Assembly: GCA_950097015.1 (NCBI GenBank) | Contig: CATNEN010000002.1 | Span: 7,316,001-7,380,000, forward strand | Length of the DNA stretch: 64,000 nucleotides | DNA from: Macrostomum hystrix | Lineage: Eukaryota; Animalia; Platyhelminthes | Direction of reading: 5' to 3' | Shown here: in pieces, positions 47,801 through 58,145 of the stretch | Position numbering within the stretch: position 1 is the stretch's first letter | How the letters are laid out: each line of letters begins with the position of its first letter | Notes under the pieces: generated by a model | What the model was told of the DNA's origin: nothing | Databases searched by the model: none | Seen by the model: only the letters and a program-made list of their open reading frames with translations | Translations under genes and position numbers: made by a program

Positions 47801-48589
47801 ACCTTGGGGGCGTTTTCACGAATGGCGGTATGTAACAGGTTAGTGAGAGTATTGCAGCGGTTTTCGATGCTGGGCAGATCAGTTCCCTGCAGGGCCTCGG
47901 TTGCCTCGGCCAGGAGGTTGCTTAGGTCTCTGCGGAACCCGGGCCAATCAGCCTTCTTCAGGTTGGGGCGGTCGGCGCAGGGCAGGCGGGATCCTTCGGC
48001 GGAGATTCGGTACTGAATGTACGAGTGATCCGAGAGCGAGGGTATGTCGTCCCTGACCATCCAGTTCTGGACATGGTTCAGGGCGTTACTAGAGGCCAAG
48101 GTTAGGTCTATAACATCACGTCTGTTAGAAATAACAAAGGTGGGCTTTCTGCCTCTGTTGCAGATATGCATGGTAGAGGCGTTAATGAAATCAATGAGCA
48201 GGTCACCTCTCCTGTTTGTGTCACTGCTGGACCATGCAGTGTTGTGGGCATTGGCATCACAGCTAATGATGAGCTTCCTGTTCTCCAGGTTGCAGAAGTC
48301 AGCCAGCTCTTGCAAGCGTGGTGGCGGGACCTCCTCCTGGATGTCTAGGTAGGCAGACGCCAGAATTACGTCGAAAGCAGCGAAGGTACATATGTCCTTA
48401 GAGCAGTACATGGGCATCATGGTGACTGGTATGTCACTTTTCACGAGGGCAATAGCCCTAGGAGTTTCATCGGTACAATAATAAAGGGTTTGGTACCCGT
48501 TTGGCAAACAGGCCGGCTTGCCTCTGCGGGTATATGGTTCCTGAATGAGGTAGATATCAACGTCTTTTTGATATCTGGTTAAGGTATCA
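44862..48589 (-). mobile_element. Non-LTR retrotransposon (LOA/Lian-like), 5'-truncated, with intact ORF2
   Basis: 13-bp TSD AGGTTACTGACTA at 44849-44861 and 48590-48602, and a 3' tail (AGTA/TAAG)n. The clade call rests on the EN-RT-RNaseH-CCHC architecture and recalled similarity. Confidence 0.9.
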
Positions 48590-48615
48590 AGGTTACTGAC
48601 TAACACCCACACCAT
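44950..48615 (-). CDS. LINE polyprotein: APE endonuclease, reverse transcriptase, RNase H and CCHC finger; 1221 aa, uninterrupted
   Basis: APE motifs IQEPY, CDANAH, IDLTL, SDH. RT motifs FRPISL, DIEGAFD, QGGVLTP, YADD, YLGV. RNase H motifs FTDGS, QAEIYAI, SDSQ, GNELAD. C-terminal CPFC...HHVTFC. Confidence 0.95.
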   Translation of the reverse strand: MVWVLVSNLDTLTRYQKDVDIYLIQEPYTRRGKPACLPNGYQTLYYCTDETPRAIALVKSDIPVTMMPMYCSKDICTFAAFDVILASAYLDIQEEVPPPRLQELADFCNLENRKLIISCDANAHNTAWSSSDTNRRGDLLIDFINASTMHICNRGRKPTFVISNRRDVIDLTLASSNALNHVQNWMVRDDIPSLSDHSYIQYRISAEGSRLPCADRPNLKKADWPGFRRDLSNLLAEATEALQGTDLPSIENRCNTLTNLLHTAIRENAPKVKHRKKYSPWWNPELTRLKKTSRRLQRLAHSSNTPVDWENYHSALRIYKSSIQRAKKNTWKAYCASLEGQHPTARLIRSLRHDNLAQCNSLLHLDGNYTSTAEESLNLLFSTCFPQVENPENVVNDHRPQDRDLFQQCASPSLLRLAADSFKPFKAPGPDKISPCILQEALKLQSFSEALSNLIIDCFVTGYIPTTWRTSRVVFIPKPAKGDYTNVKSFRPISLTSFCVKLMERLILWRLRDCDLRSAPISKYQFAFQPGKTTEHALHVITSAIEKAILSKQLALGLFVDIEGAFDNVNFGSFRDTLSDRGVRPSITRWIDFMIRNRSVTSTLMNITCTRAVMKGGAQGGVLTPLLWNLVMDELLTADVPSSVTRAGYADDVAAVVSGPDTSTLRNLLQQFANKAGNWATQHGLKISVTKTVAIVFTRKRKWDMQNLTMYGRNIPFEKETKYLGVTLTHDLRWTKHLGNIIGRAKRCFAQVRRAIGPTWGLTPRTVRWIYTGIIRPSITYASLIWSSVLEQKTARDRLYQLQGSICRAIAGAYPSTPYEGLNTILNMPPLYLFIRAEAMKCAYRLICDKSIKNTPTGFIPDKSLIPHLDYVRRDLAHIHIDPNDVDSQPPSLILRRGFSAVIPDRGSTQLDVGVNQRSQGIHCFTDGSLSNGLAGAGIAIFHEGKALLQESLHLGENTSVFQAEIYAINQCAKHLLNANVSRFNICIYSDSQAALKALSAVKLSTRTVSDCHRDLQSLAVLNRISLIWIPGHSNILGNELADKLAKDGSNPDNNHRPIRVPVPKSLINRTVDRWLNQQHQLHWSSCTDYRQTRMAMPIINRKVSDFLISLNRTDLREMCMVITGHGFFQRHISLQTGCSPTCPFCGIGKETAAHHVTFCPYFDKARNWHLGHPQGMDELTTPDNIRDLRAFVRDTGRMKVADASPANLPTAGVGWAHPQG

Positions 48616-48619
48616 TCCT

Positions 48620-48850
48620 TGCCTCTCGCACCAAGTCTGGTGTGCAGCCGCCGAGAGATGACTTAGTGGATTTCCAAGGAACTATGAGAGTGTACACCGC
48701 GTGACGATGAGAAAGTCAGGGCAGATGTACACACCCCCTGTGTGAGTGTGTGCTCAGAATTGCCTCCTCGCTGGCTGCGGGTCCAGTGTCACCAAATGAT
48801 GTGCCATTGACCACAGCCCTCCAACAAATATACAATATTATTATCATACT
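48620..48850 (+). mobile_element. SINE family A, decayed copy
   Basis: GCCTCTCGCACC...GACGATGAGAAAGTCAGGGCAGATGTACACACC...GTGTCACCAAATGATG. Confidence 0.75.
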
Positions 48851-48870
48851 AGTACGAGCTACAATAGGAT

Positions 48871-49130
48871 GGGGGTTTGGTGGCAGAGCGGTTATCGCGT
48901 TTGCCTCTCGCACCTCGGTCCCGAAGTTCGATTCCACGGCGAGGCCACATTTATTTGGGGCGCAGCCGCGGAGAGAAGGCTTGGGGGCTTGTCGTGCAAT
49001 TTACGCCCTTGAGGTTCAACCTCCAAGGCACAGTGAAGTGTACCCTGCCTGACGATGAGAAAGTCAGGGCAGATGTACACACCTGTGTGAGCGTGTGTGC
49101 TCAGGAGTCAGCGAAATGGGCAGAATTGAG
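48871..49130 (+). mobile_element. SINE family A, well-preserved 5' part, 3'-truncated
   Basis: A box TGGCAGAGCGG and B box GTTCGATTCC; the body is nearly identical to 414-750. Confidence 0.9.
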
Positions 49131-49679
49131 TAATTGCTAAGCCAAACCTCTATTTATAATGCAGTGTTACGCCCGAGTTTTCTGTTTTCTGCTTTCTGCA
49201 TGCGTGTTTTTCTCCTCTATAGGAGACAAGACTGCTAATCGAAGCAATCACGCAAACTTGTGCGCTCAGCGTTGGAGTTTGTGGGACAGCTCAACCTGAG
49301 CACAACCCAGACAGTCGGAGGAATGAGAACTGAACTTCTCAAACGAAAGACAGAAATGCACTTTAGTATTAGTTGATTACTAGTGCTAGTTGTTGAGTTT
49401 AGGTGGAGTGGGGGTGAAACTGTTAGTCTCAACCTTCAGTTGGAGTGGCAGAGCTGGAATCAGCAGGCCCTTGTAACCATGCCCTTGAACAATTTAGTGA
49501 GATCCGACTAGCCTGGCAACATGCACAATTTTTAATAAAAATCTTTTTATTGAGTCAATTTGATTATTCATCAAGATGGGGTTCTCAAATTTATTTACAT
49601 TTCCCAATAAAATTTAGCACTTAAGATTTTTAATTCCCGTGATAAGAGATTCAGTAGAAGATTTTAACTAAAGTTTGGA

Positions 49680-50110
49680 ATAGAATTCTGTACAGAATTC
49701 GGAATATAATTCGGAATATAATTCGGAATATAATTCGGAAGAGAAATCGGAATAGAAATCGGAAGAGAATTCGGAAGTAATTCGGAAGAGAATTCGGAAG
49801 TAATTCGGAAGAGAATTCGGAATATAATTCGGAATATAATTCGGAAGATATTTCGGAAGAGAAATCGGAATAGAAATCGGAAGTAATTCGGAAGAGAACT
49901 TGGAATAGAATTCGGAATAGAATTCGGAAGAGAATTCGGAAGAGAATTCGGAAGAGAATTCGGAAGAGAATTCGGAAGAGAATTCGGAAGTAATTCGGAA
50001 GAGAACTTGGAATAGAATTCGGAATAGAATTCGGAAGAGAATTCGGAAGAGAATTCGGAAGAGAATTCGGAATAGAATTCGGAAGACACACCGTCGAAGA
50101 TAATTCGAAA
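49680..50110. repeat. 12-bp minisatellite
   Basis: Unit AATTCGGAAGAG. Confidence 0.95.
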
Positions 50111-50258
50111 GATAATTCAGAAAAAATCGGAAGAGAACGCGGAAGATAAACAATTCAAAGAGAAACAAGACTATTCGAGTAGAATTTCGAGGAGAAATTG
50201 ATAAAAAAATTAGCTGTGAAATTCCGTACAAATCGCTGGACTGGCAGTCAAACCTCAG

Positions 50259-53200
50259 GTCCACCCAACCGCCTCACCACAGGAGCCATTGCCTGGATCA
50301 CTACAGCAGCTTCATCAACTCAAGCGAGCCGCTGCCGCCGCTGCCGCCCTTCCTAGCCGACCGGGCCGACAACGTCAGCGACGAATCTTCAACTCAGCAG
50401 CCGCCGGCGCAGAGTCCTCGGACTTCAACAGCCCTGCTAGTCGTCCTGGGACTGTACGTCCTGTTGATTGCTGTCGGCCTGCTCAGCAACTTGTTCGTGT
50501 CTGTCATCCTGCTCAGAAGCAGAGCCGTCAACAACATCACGAACCTGTTCGTTCTCGGCCTGTCACTCAGCGACATCCTCATCTGCGGGGCGCTGATGCC
50601 GGCCCTGCTCGTCTACGACCTCAGCGCCAAGGCCTACATCAGCGTTGAACTGCCCCGGTCCGTGTTCTGCCGCTTCGTGCTGATGTCGTTGAATTTGCCA
50701 ATCTACGCCAGCTGCCTCATCATCCTGTGGATCGCGCTGGATCGCTACAGAATCATCTGCCATCCCCACAGGCGCAGAATCTCACCGAGACAGGCCCGCT
50801 GGCTGCTGGCAGTCACCCTGCTGATTGGTCTAGCAATCCACTCACCCGTCATCGCCTTCAACACCGTCGATGCCAATCGGGAGCGATTCTGCGCCGAGAA
50901 GTGGCCGAACCGCGGCCTCCGGCTGGCCTACTCAGTTGGCGCCTTCTGCCTGCAGTTCTGCACCCCCCTGCTGGCCACCTGCGCCCTGTACTTCCTTATC
51001 TACCGCCGGCTGCGCGAGCGGGTGCATCGGCGACGCGACTCCGAGCGCAAACGGCGCACCAACCGCATCCTGGTGGTCATTGTGTGCAGCTTCGCATTCT
51101 TCTGGAGCCCCTGGTCCATATTCAACGTCATCTCGGAGGTGGAGCACTTCAGGGCCAGGCGGGACCCGGACGGCTCTGCCGGCTATCTCGGATGCCGCGG
51201 AGACTACAGGAGCTTCGATGAAATCAACGCCCGAATCGGCGACATATTCGCTGCTGACAGTGAGTGACTGGGGCTCCCACTGCAGCCTGATCGATGGCTG
51301 TAGCAGGCTGTGTAACAGGGTGTGTAACATTTTGTGTAACAGGGCGTGTAGCAGGGTGTGTAACAGGCTGTGTAACAGGCTGTGTAACAGGGTGTGTAAT
51401 AGGGTGTGTAACAGGCTGTGTAACAGGGTGTGTAACATTTTGTGTAACAGGGCGTGTAGCAGGGTGTGTAACAGGCTGTGTAACAGGCTGTGTAACAGGG
51501 TGTGTAATAGGGTGTGTAACAGGCTGTGTAACAGGGTGTGTAACATTTTGTGTACCAGGGTGTGTAACAGGCTGTGTAACATTTTGTGTAACATTTTGTG
51601 TAAGAGGCGTGTAGCAGGGTGTGTAACAGGCTGTGTAACAGGCTGTGTAACAGGGTGTGTAACATTTTGTGTAACAGGGTGTGTAACATTTTGTGTACCA
51701 GGGTGTGTAACAGGCTGTGTAACAGGCTGTGTAACAGGGTGTGTAACAGGCTGTGTAACAGGCTGTGTAACAGGGTGTGTAACAGGCTGTGTAACAGGGT
51801 GTGTAACATTTTGTGTAAGAGGCGTGTAGCAGGGTGTGTAACATTGTGTGTACCAGGGTGTGTAACAGGCTGTGTAACAGGCTGTGTAACAGGGTGTGTA
51901 ATAGGGTATGTAATTGGTTGTGTAACAGTAAGCATAACAGGAAACATAACAGGTAGCATAACAGCTTGTGTAATAAGAAGTATAACCGATTAGGTAACAG
52001 GAAGCCTAACAGAAAGCATAACCACTTTTGGAACAGAAAGCAAAACAGGAAGCATTGCAGCTTGAATAGCAGGGTGTACAATAGCATTTTATGATAGCCA
52101 TAGCCAGTTCTCCTATGTCAACAATCCAGCAAGTTAAATTGGGATTCTCAGCAAGCAAGTTGGACAGGATCCACGGAAAATTATTCAGCTTCGAGTGCAG
52201 TATTTCGGTTGTCATTCAAAACTGGCAAAGCGAAATCTTTCTTCAGCGGAGTAGAGGAGAAAAAGTCGGAGGGAGACAGCTGGAGAACTCAAAAACTCGG
52301 AGACAAACATGCTCATAAATATGCTCAGAAAGCCCGGAGCAGGAAGATAAGCAAGAAAGCGTAACTTGTGCCAAGAGCAGAACAAGTGCCATAAATATTT
52401 CCCCGCCTCTGCAGGAAGGAAAGATGCAGTGGCTGAGGATTGAGCACACTGTTAGACTGACTCAGCCTTGATGGCATTTCGCTGTCTATGACCCGCTTCT
52501 GCTGTGGCAATCGGCACTGCTCAAACCTACTAAACCTACTAAAGTCATATTTCAGTGGGCTCTCAGTTTGAACTTAGATTATCTAGGAAAATTCTGGCTA
52601 GTAAATTCCCATTTTAATTATTTTCTCACTGCATGACTCAATTTATGTCCTCTCCAATCCTTCCTCTGATCTCTCTGATCCTTGATCCCATCTCTCTGAT
52701 CCTTGATCCCATCTCTCCAATCCTTCCTCTGATCTCTCTGATCCTTGATCCCATCTCTCTGATCCTTGATCCCATCTCTCCAATCCTTCCTCTGATCTCT
52801 CTGATCCTTGATCTCATCTCTCTGATCCTTGATCCCATCTCTCTGATCCTTGATCCCATCTCTCCAATCCTTCCTCTGATCTCTCTAATCCTTGATCACA
52901 TCTCTCTGATCCTTGATCCGATCTCTCCAATCCTTCCTCTGATCTCTCTAATCCTTGATCACATCTCTCTAATCCTTGATCACATCTCTCTAATCCTTGA
53001 TTTCACCTCTCTAATCCTTGATTTCATCTCTCTAATCCTTGATCTCATCTCTCTAATCCTTGATTTCACCTCTCTAATCCTTGATTTCATCTCTCTAATC
53101 CTTGATCTCATCTCTCTAATCCTTGATCTCATCTCTCTAATCCTTGATTTCACCTCTCTAATCCTTGATTTCATCTCTCTAATCCTTGATCTCATATCTT

Positions 53201-56200
53201 TTGCCATTCCTATGCTCTCTTTGCCATCAACTTTTGTCAAACTCTTTCGCGATCTTCTTTGACCCTCAACCGCTTGGCTATTTTTGAGTCCTGTTGAGCT
53301 AGCGGGCGGTAAAGTTTGAGCAGAAGATGAAACAGGATCTGCAGCAGCTGGGGCTGCGTGTCTGCCGACTCAGATGGCCAGGAGAACTCGTTGAGTCGTG
53401 TGAGAGGCTGCTATGCCGACAGCACGGATGAAAACTGAATTTCATGTCCAGCGGGCAAGCTAAAGGATATTAATCCCTAACGGGCTATCAACCCAGACTT
53501 TTGTCTTTGAAAGATATTTCCGAATTGGGAGAGTCGACCCGCTACGGATTGATCTTTCGGTGCTGTCTGATTCCTCCTTTGGGGAATAATGAGTTGGGAT
53601 TCAGGAGCAAAAGAATGTGCAATGGGAATTTGAAAACTGCAGGGTATCCCCAGTTGCTGCACAAGTCATAAAATACTAGTCAGATAGAGCAGTGCGCGGA
53701 CTTTGGGATTCAAATGCTTGTTGGGAAGATAAGGATAAGGAAAATAGTGTGATAGATAAAAGGATACACATCGAGATAGAGATAGAGTTAGAGGTAGAGA
53801 GAAAGAGAAAGAGATAGAAATAGGGATAGAAATAGAGATAGAGATAGAGATAGAGATAGAGATAGAGATAGAGATAGAGATAGAGATAGAGATAGAGATA
53901 GAGATAGAGATAGAGATAGAGATAGAGATAGAGCCAAGGACGAATACTTGAAGCGTTCATTTCCCCAGAATTTTCTTCCACGAGGCAAACTCAAAAGGGG
54001 TCAGAGGGTGTTTGAGTCGTTAATCTTTTCGGCACAGAATTAAAAAAAATTATCAATTTGCCAGCGGAGATGGACAACCTTTTCCATTGATCCTTCAATC
54101 AAGGCGCCTTCTCTCGAGTGAACTCATTAGAATCCTATTTGAACTCACTGACAACCTGTTTGTCTCGTCTGCTTTCCTCTGCAATATTGAGATTTCGGTT
54201 AGGGAATCTTTTGTGCCAGCTGGAATCCCCTTGAGAGGATCGGAGCTTTAAGCCAACAAGATTTCCGCTTCGTTTACCGGCGAGAACTTTTTAGGGAACA
54301 ATTTCTTAGAAAAATACTTGTTATTCGTATGCGCTCTCTTATGTAATTCACATCTGATTTCTCCCGTCTCTCTTATCTCATTTCTCCCATCTCTCTTATC
54401 TCGTTTCTCCCACCTCTCTTATCTCGTTTCTCCCATCTCTCTTATCTCATTTCTCCCATCTCTCTTATCTCATTTCTCCCATCTCTCTTATCTCATTTCT
54501 CCCATCTCTCTTATCTCATTTCTCCCACCTCTCTTATCTCGTTTCTCCCATCTCTCTTATCTCGTTTCTCCCGTCTCTCTCATCTCATTTCTCACGTCTC
54601 TCTCATCTCATTTCTCACGTCTCTCTCTCTCTCATTTCTCACGTCTCCCTCAGCATATCATTTCTTACGTCTCTTTCATCTCATTTCTCCCATCTCTCTT
54701 ATCTCATTTCTCCCATCTCTCTTATCTCATTTCTCCCACCTCTCTTATCTCGTTTCTCCCATCTCTCTTATCTCGTTTCTCCCATCTCTCTCATCTCATT
54801 TCTCACGTCTCTCTCATCTCATTTCTCACGTCTCCCTCAGCATATCATTTCTTACGTCTCTTTCATCTCATTTCTCACGTCTCTTTCATCTGATTTCTCA
54901 CGTATCTCTCATCTGATTTCTCACGTATCTCTCATCTCGATTGTCACGTATTTTTCGTCTCATTTCTGACGTCCTATCCAATGTCTCACGTCTCTCCCAT
55001 ACATTTCCTCACAGCAGCAGCAGCAGTGGCAGCTGCAACAATTGTTTCAATTCCCACACAAACCTTTGCACTTCCCAACGCATGCCCAATCTAATTGTTT
55101 TTCGCGCATTTCCCCAAAAATATTTGCAAAACATTATTTTCACCGCCTCAGCAATGCTGCCAAGTCATGTCTAGCTGCTCGGATACAATGTGACAGGGAA
55201 ATCCCATTCAGTTGGGGATCAGACACGCCACTGTCCTCGCTGTTCTGTTTTTTAGTTTCCTGTTTGGAATTCTTAAAATAAGCAAGTCGCTGAAATATAT
55301 TAACAACAATCTAAAGGACATATTCATGTTAGAGGGCGGGAAAGCACATTGCCGCAGAGAAAATTGCCTAACTTCTGGATTCTAGGAAATCCTAGTTGTT
55401 TCAGAAATAAAGAGGATAAGGGAAGAGAAGGATCGCTACGGAACACATGAGGGGAGTCTGTAGAACACCTGAAGTCTATAGAACACCTGAAGTCTATAGA
55501 ACACCTGAAGTCTATATAACACCTGAAGGGATTATAAAACACCTGAAGGAATTCTAAAACACCTGAAGGGGTTCTAAAACACCTGAAGGGGTTCTAAAAC
55601 ACCTGAAGGGGTTCTAAAACGCCTGAAGGGATTATAAAACACCTGAAGGGATTCTAAAACACCTGAGGGGAATAAAACATCCGAAGTGGTAAAGAAACAG
55701 CTGAACAGACTGATGAACGAATCATCCTGAGCTAAACAAATCTCCAACATCGATCAGGTGTGTCCATTGTGCAGCCGGAGTGGAAACTGTACGAGATGCT
55801 GGTCCGCCTGTTCGCTCTGTGCTCGGCCTGCATCAACCCCTACCTGTACGGCTGGCTCAACGAGCAGGTGCGGGCCAGCCTGAAAAGCTGCCTGCGCGGC
55901 GGGGGTGCCAGAGGCGCCGGCGGCTGCGCCCTGACTTCTGCGGCAGCCGCTGAGGCGACCACGGCGGCCGGGGCGTCGACAATCCGCGGCGGCGGTCGGC
56001 GAAATTCTTCACTGAGGCCGCTGAATCGCAGGGGCAGCGGAAGACGGTAGGCATCCCCTGCTGTCACTGGCCCTCTCTTCTCCCCTCTCTCCTCACCTCT
56101 CTTCTCCCCTTTTCTCCTCACCTCTCTTCTCCCCTCTCTCCTCACCTCTCTTCTCCCCTCTCTTCTCCCCTCTCTCCTCACCTCTCTTCTCCCCTCTCTT

Positions 56201-57859
56201 CTCCCCTCTCTCCTCACCTCTCTTCTCCCCTCTCTTCTCCCCTCTCTCCTAACCTCTCTTCTCCCCTCTCTCCTCACCTCTCTCCTAACCTCTCTTCTCC
56301 CCTCTCTTCTCCCCTCTCTCCTCACCTCTCTTCTCCCCTCTCTTCTCCCCTCTCTCCTCACCTCTCTTCTCCCCTCTCTTCTCCCCTCTCTCCTAACCTC
56401 TCTTCTCCCCTCTCTTCTCCCCTCTCTCCTAACCTCTCTTCTCCCCTCTCTTCTCCCCTCTCTCCTCACCTCTCTTCTCCCCTCTCTTCTCCCCTCTCTC
56501 CTAACCTCTCTTCTCCCCTCTCTCCTCACCTCTCTCCTCACCTCTCTTCTCCCCTCTCTCCTCACCTCTCTTCTCCCCTCTCTTCTCCCCTCTCTTCTCC
56601 CCTCTCACCTAACCTCTCTTCTCCCCTCTCTCCCGAACTCTCTTCTCCCCTCTCTTCTCCCCTCTCTTCTCCCCTCTCTTCTCCCCTCTCTCCTAACCTT
56701 TCTTCTCCCCTCTCTCCCGAACTCTCTTCTCCCCTCACTCCTCACCTCTCTTTTCCCCTCTCTCCTCACCTCTCTTCTCCCCTCTCTCCTCACCTCTCTT
56801 TTCCCCTCTCTCCTCACCTCTCTTCTCCCCTTTTCTCCTCACCTCTCTTCTCCCCTCTCTCCTCACCTCTCTTTTCCCCTCTCTCCTCACCTCTCTTTTC
56901 CCCTCTCTCCTCACCTCTCTTCTCCCCTCTCTCCTCACCTCTCTTTTCACCTCTCTCCTCACCTCTCTTCTCCCCTCTCTCCTAACCTGTCTTCTCCCCT
57001 CTCTCCTCACCTCTCTTCTCCCCTCTCTCCTAACCTGTCTTCTCCCCTCTCTCCTCACCTCTCTTCTCCCCTCTCTTCCCCCCTCTCTCCTCACCTCTCT
57101 TCTCCCCTCTCTTCTCCCCTCTCTCCTCACCTCTCTTCTCCCCTCTCTTCTCCCCTCTCTCCTCACCTCTCTTCTCCCCTCTCTTCTCCCCTCTCTCCTC
57201 ACCTCTCTTCTCCCCTTTCTTCTCCCCACTCTTCTCCCCTCTCTCCTCACCTCTCTTCTCCCCTCTCTCCTCACCTCTCTTTTCACCTCTCTCCTAACCT
57301 GTCTTCTCCCCTCTCTTCTCCCCTCTCTTCTCCCCTCTCTCCTCACCTCTCTTCTCCCCTCTCTTCTCCCCTCTCTTCTCCCCTCTCTCCTCACCTCTCT
57401 TCTCCCCTCTCTTCTCCCCTCTCTTCTCCCCTCTCTCCTCACCTCTCTTCTCCCCTCTCTCCTCACCTGTCTTCTCCCCTCTCTCCTCACCTCTCTTCTC
57501 CCCTCACTCCTCACCTCTCTTCTCCCCTCTCTCCTCACCTGTCTTCTCCCCTCTCTCCTCACCTCTCTTCTCCCCTCACTCCTGAACTCTCTTCTCCCCT
57601 CTCTCCTCACCTCTCTTCTCTCCTCTCTCCTCACCTCTCTTTTCCCCTCTCTTCTCACCTCTCTTCTCCCCTCTCTTCCCTTTTCTTCTCCCATTTTCTT
57701 CTCCCCTTCTCTTCTCCTCTTCTCTCCTCCTCTCTATTTTACGCGCTCTCTAATTATGTACAATATAAAATATTTTGTAGGCCATCCAATTTATCAGCTG
57801 CGAGCAGCTTCAGGGGAGACGGCACCGCCTGTGAGATGGTCTTCCTGCAGCAGAAGTCT

Positions 57860-57907
<48 letters not shown>

Positions 57908-57988
57908 GAACATCAACAGCCGTTGCGTCATCAAAGTCAGCTGTCAGAGGAATCAGCAGCCGATATCACTAGCGAAATATCCGTCTAG
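50259..57988 (+). CDS. Rhodopsin-class neuropeptide GPCR, NPY/NPF-receptor-like; exons 50259-51259, 55758-56046, 57781-57988; 5' exon(s) unresolved
   Basis: TM1 VGLLSNLFV, TM2 LSLSDILI, TM3 IALDRY, ECL2 CAEKWP, TM5 FCTPL, TM6 FAFFWSPW and TM7 SACINPYLYGWLN. Junctions A|GT (phase 1) and CG|G (phase 2) keep frame. The C-terminus ends in poly-Q ... EISV*. Confidence 0.88.
51295..51910. repeat. 12-bp-based minisatellite, GPCR intron
   Basis: GTGTAACAGGCT / GTGTAACAGGGT units. Confidence 0.95.
52648..53195. repeat. 21-bp minisatellite, GPCR intron
   Basis: Unit ATCTCTCTGATCCTTGATCCC. Confidence 0.95.
53765..53932. repeat. (GATAGA)n
   Basis: 6-bp unit. Confidence 0.95.
54350..54960. repeat. 23-bp pyrimidine-rich minisatellite
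   Basis: Unit TCTCTCTTATCTCATTTCTCCCA. Confidence 0.9.
55456..55670. repeat. 20-bp minisatellite
   Basis: Unit AACACCTGAAGGGGTTCTAA. Confidence 0.9.
56075..57735. repeat. 12-bp-based polypyrimidine array, last GPCR intron
   Basis: TCTCTTCTCCCC / TCTCTCCTCACC units; source of the spurious REGRREVR ORFs. Confidence 0.95.
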
Positions 57989-58145
57989 AATTCTCGTAAT
58001 TTACTGACCAATTCTGGCAAGCGAATTAAGCAGCAACACATTTCTTTAAAGACTGTTGTGCTGCTGCATAGATACAATACAGGCAATTCATTTTTGTGAA
58101 ACATTTTGTCAATTTTTTTGTTCCATAAATCTGGCTTATCTTTAA

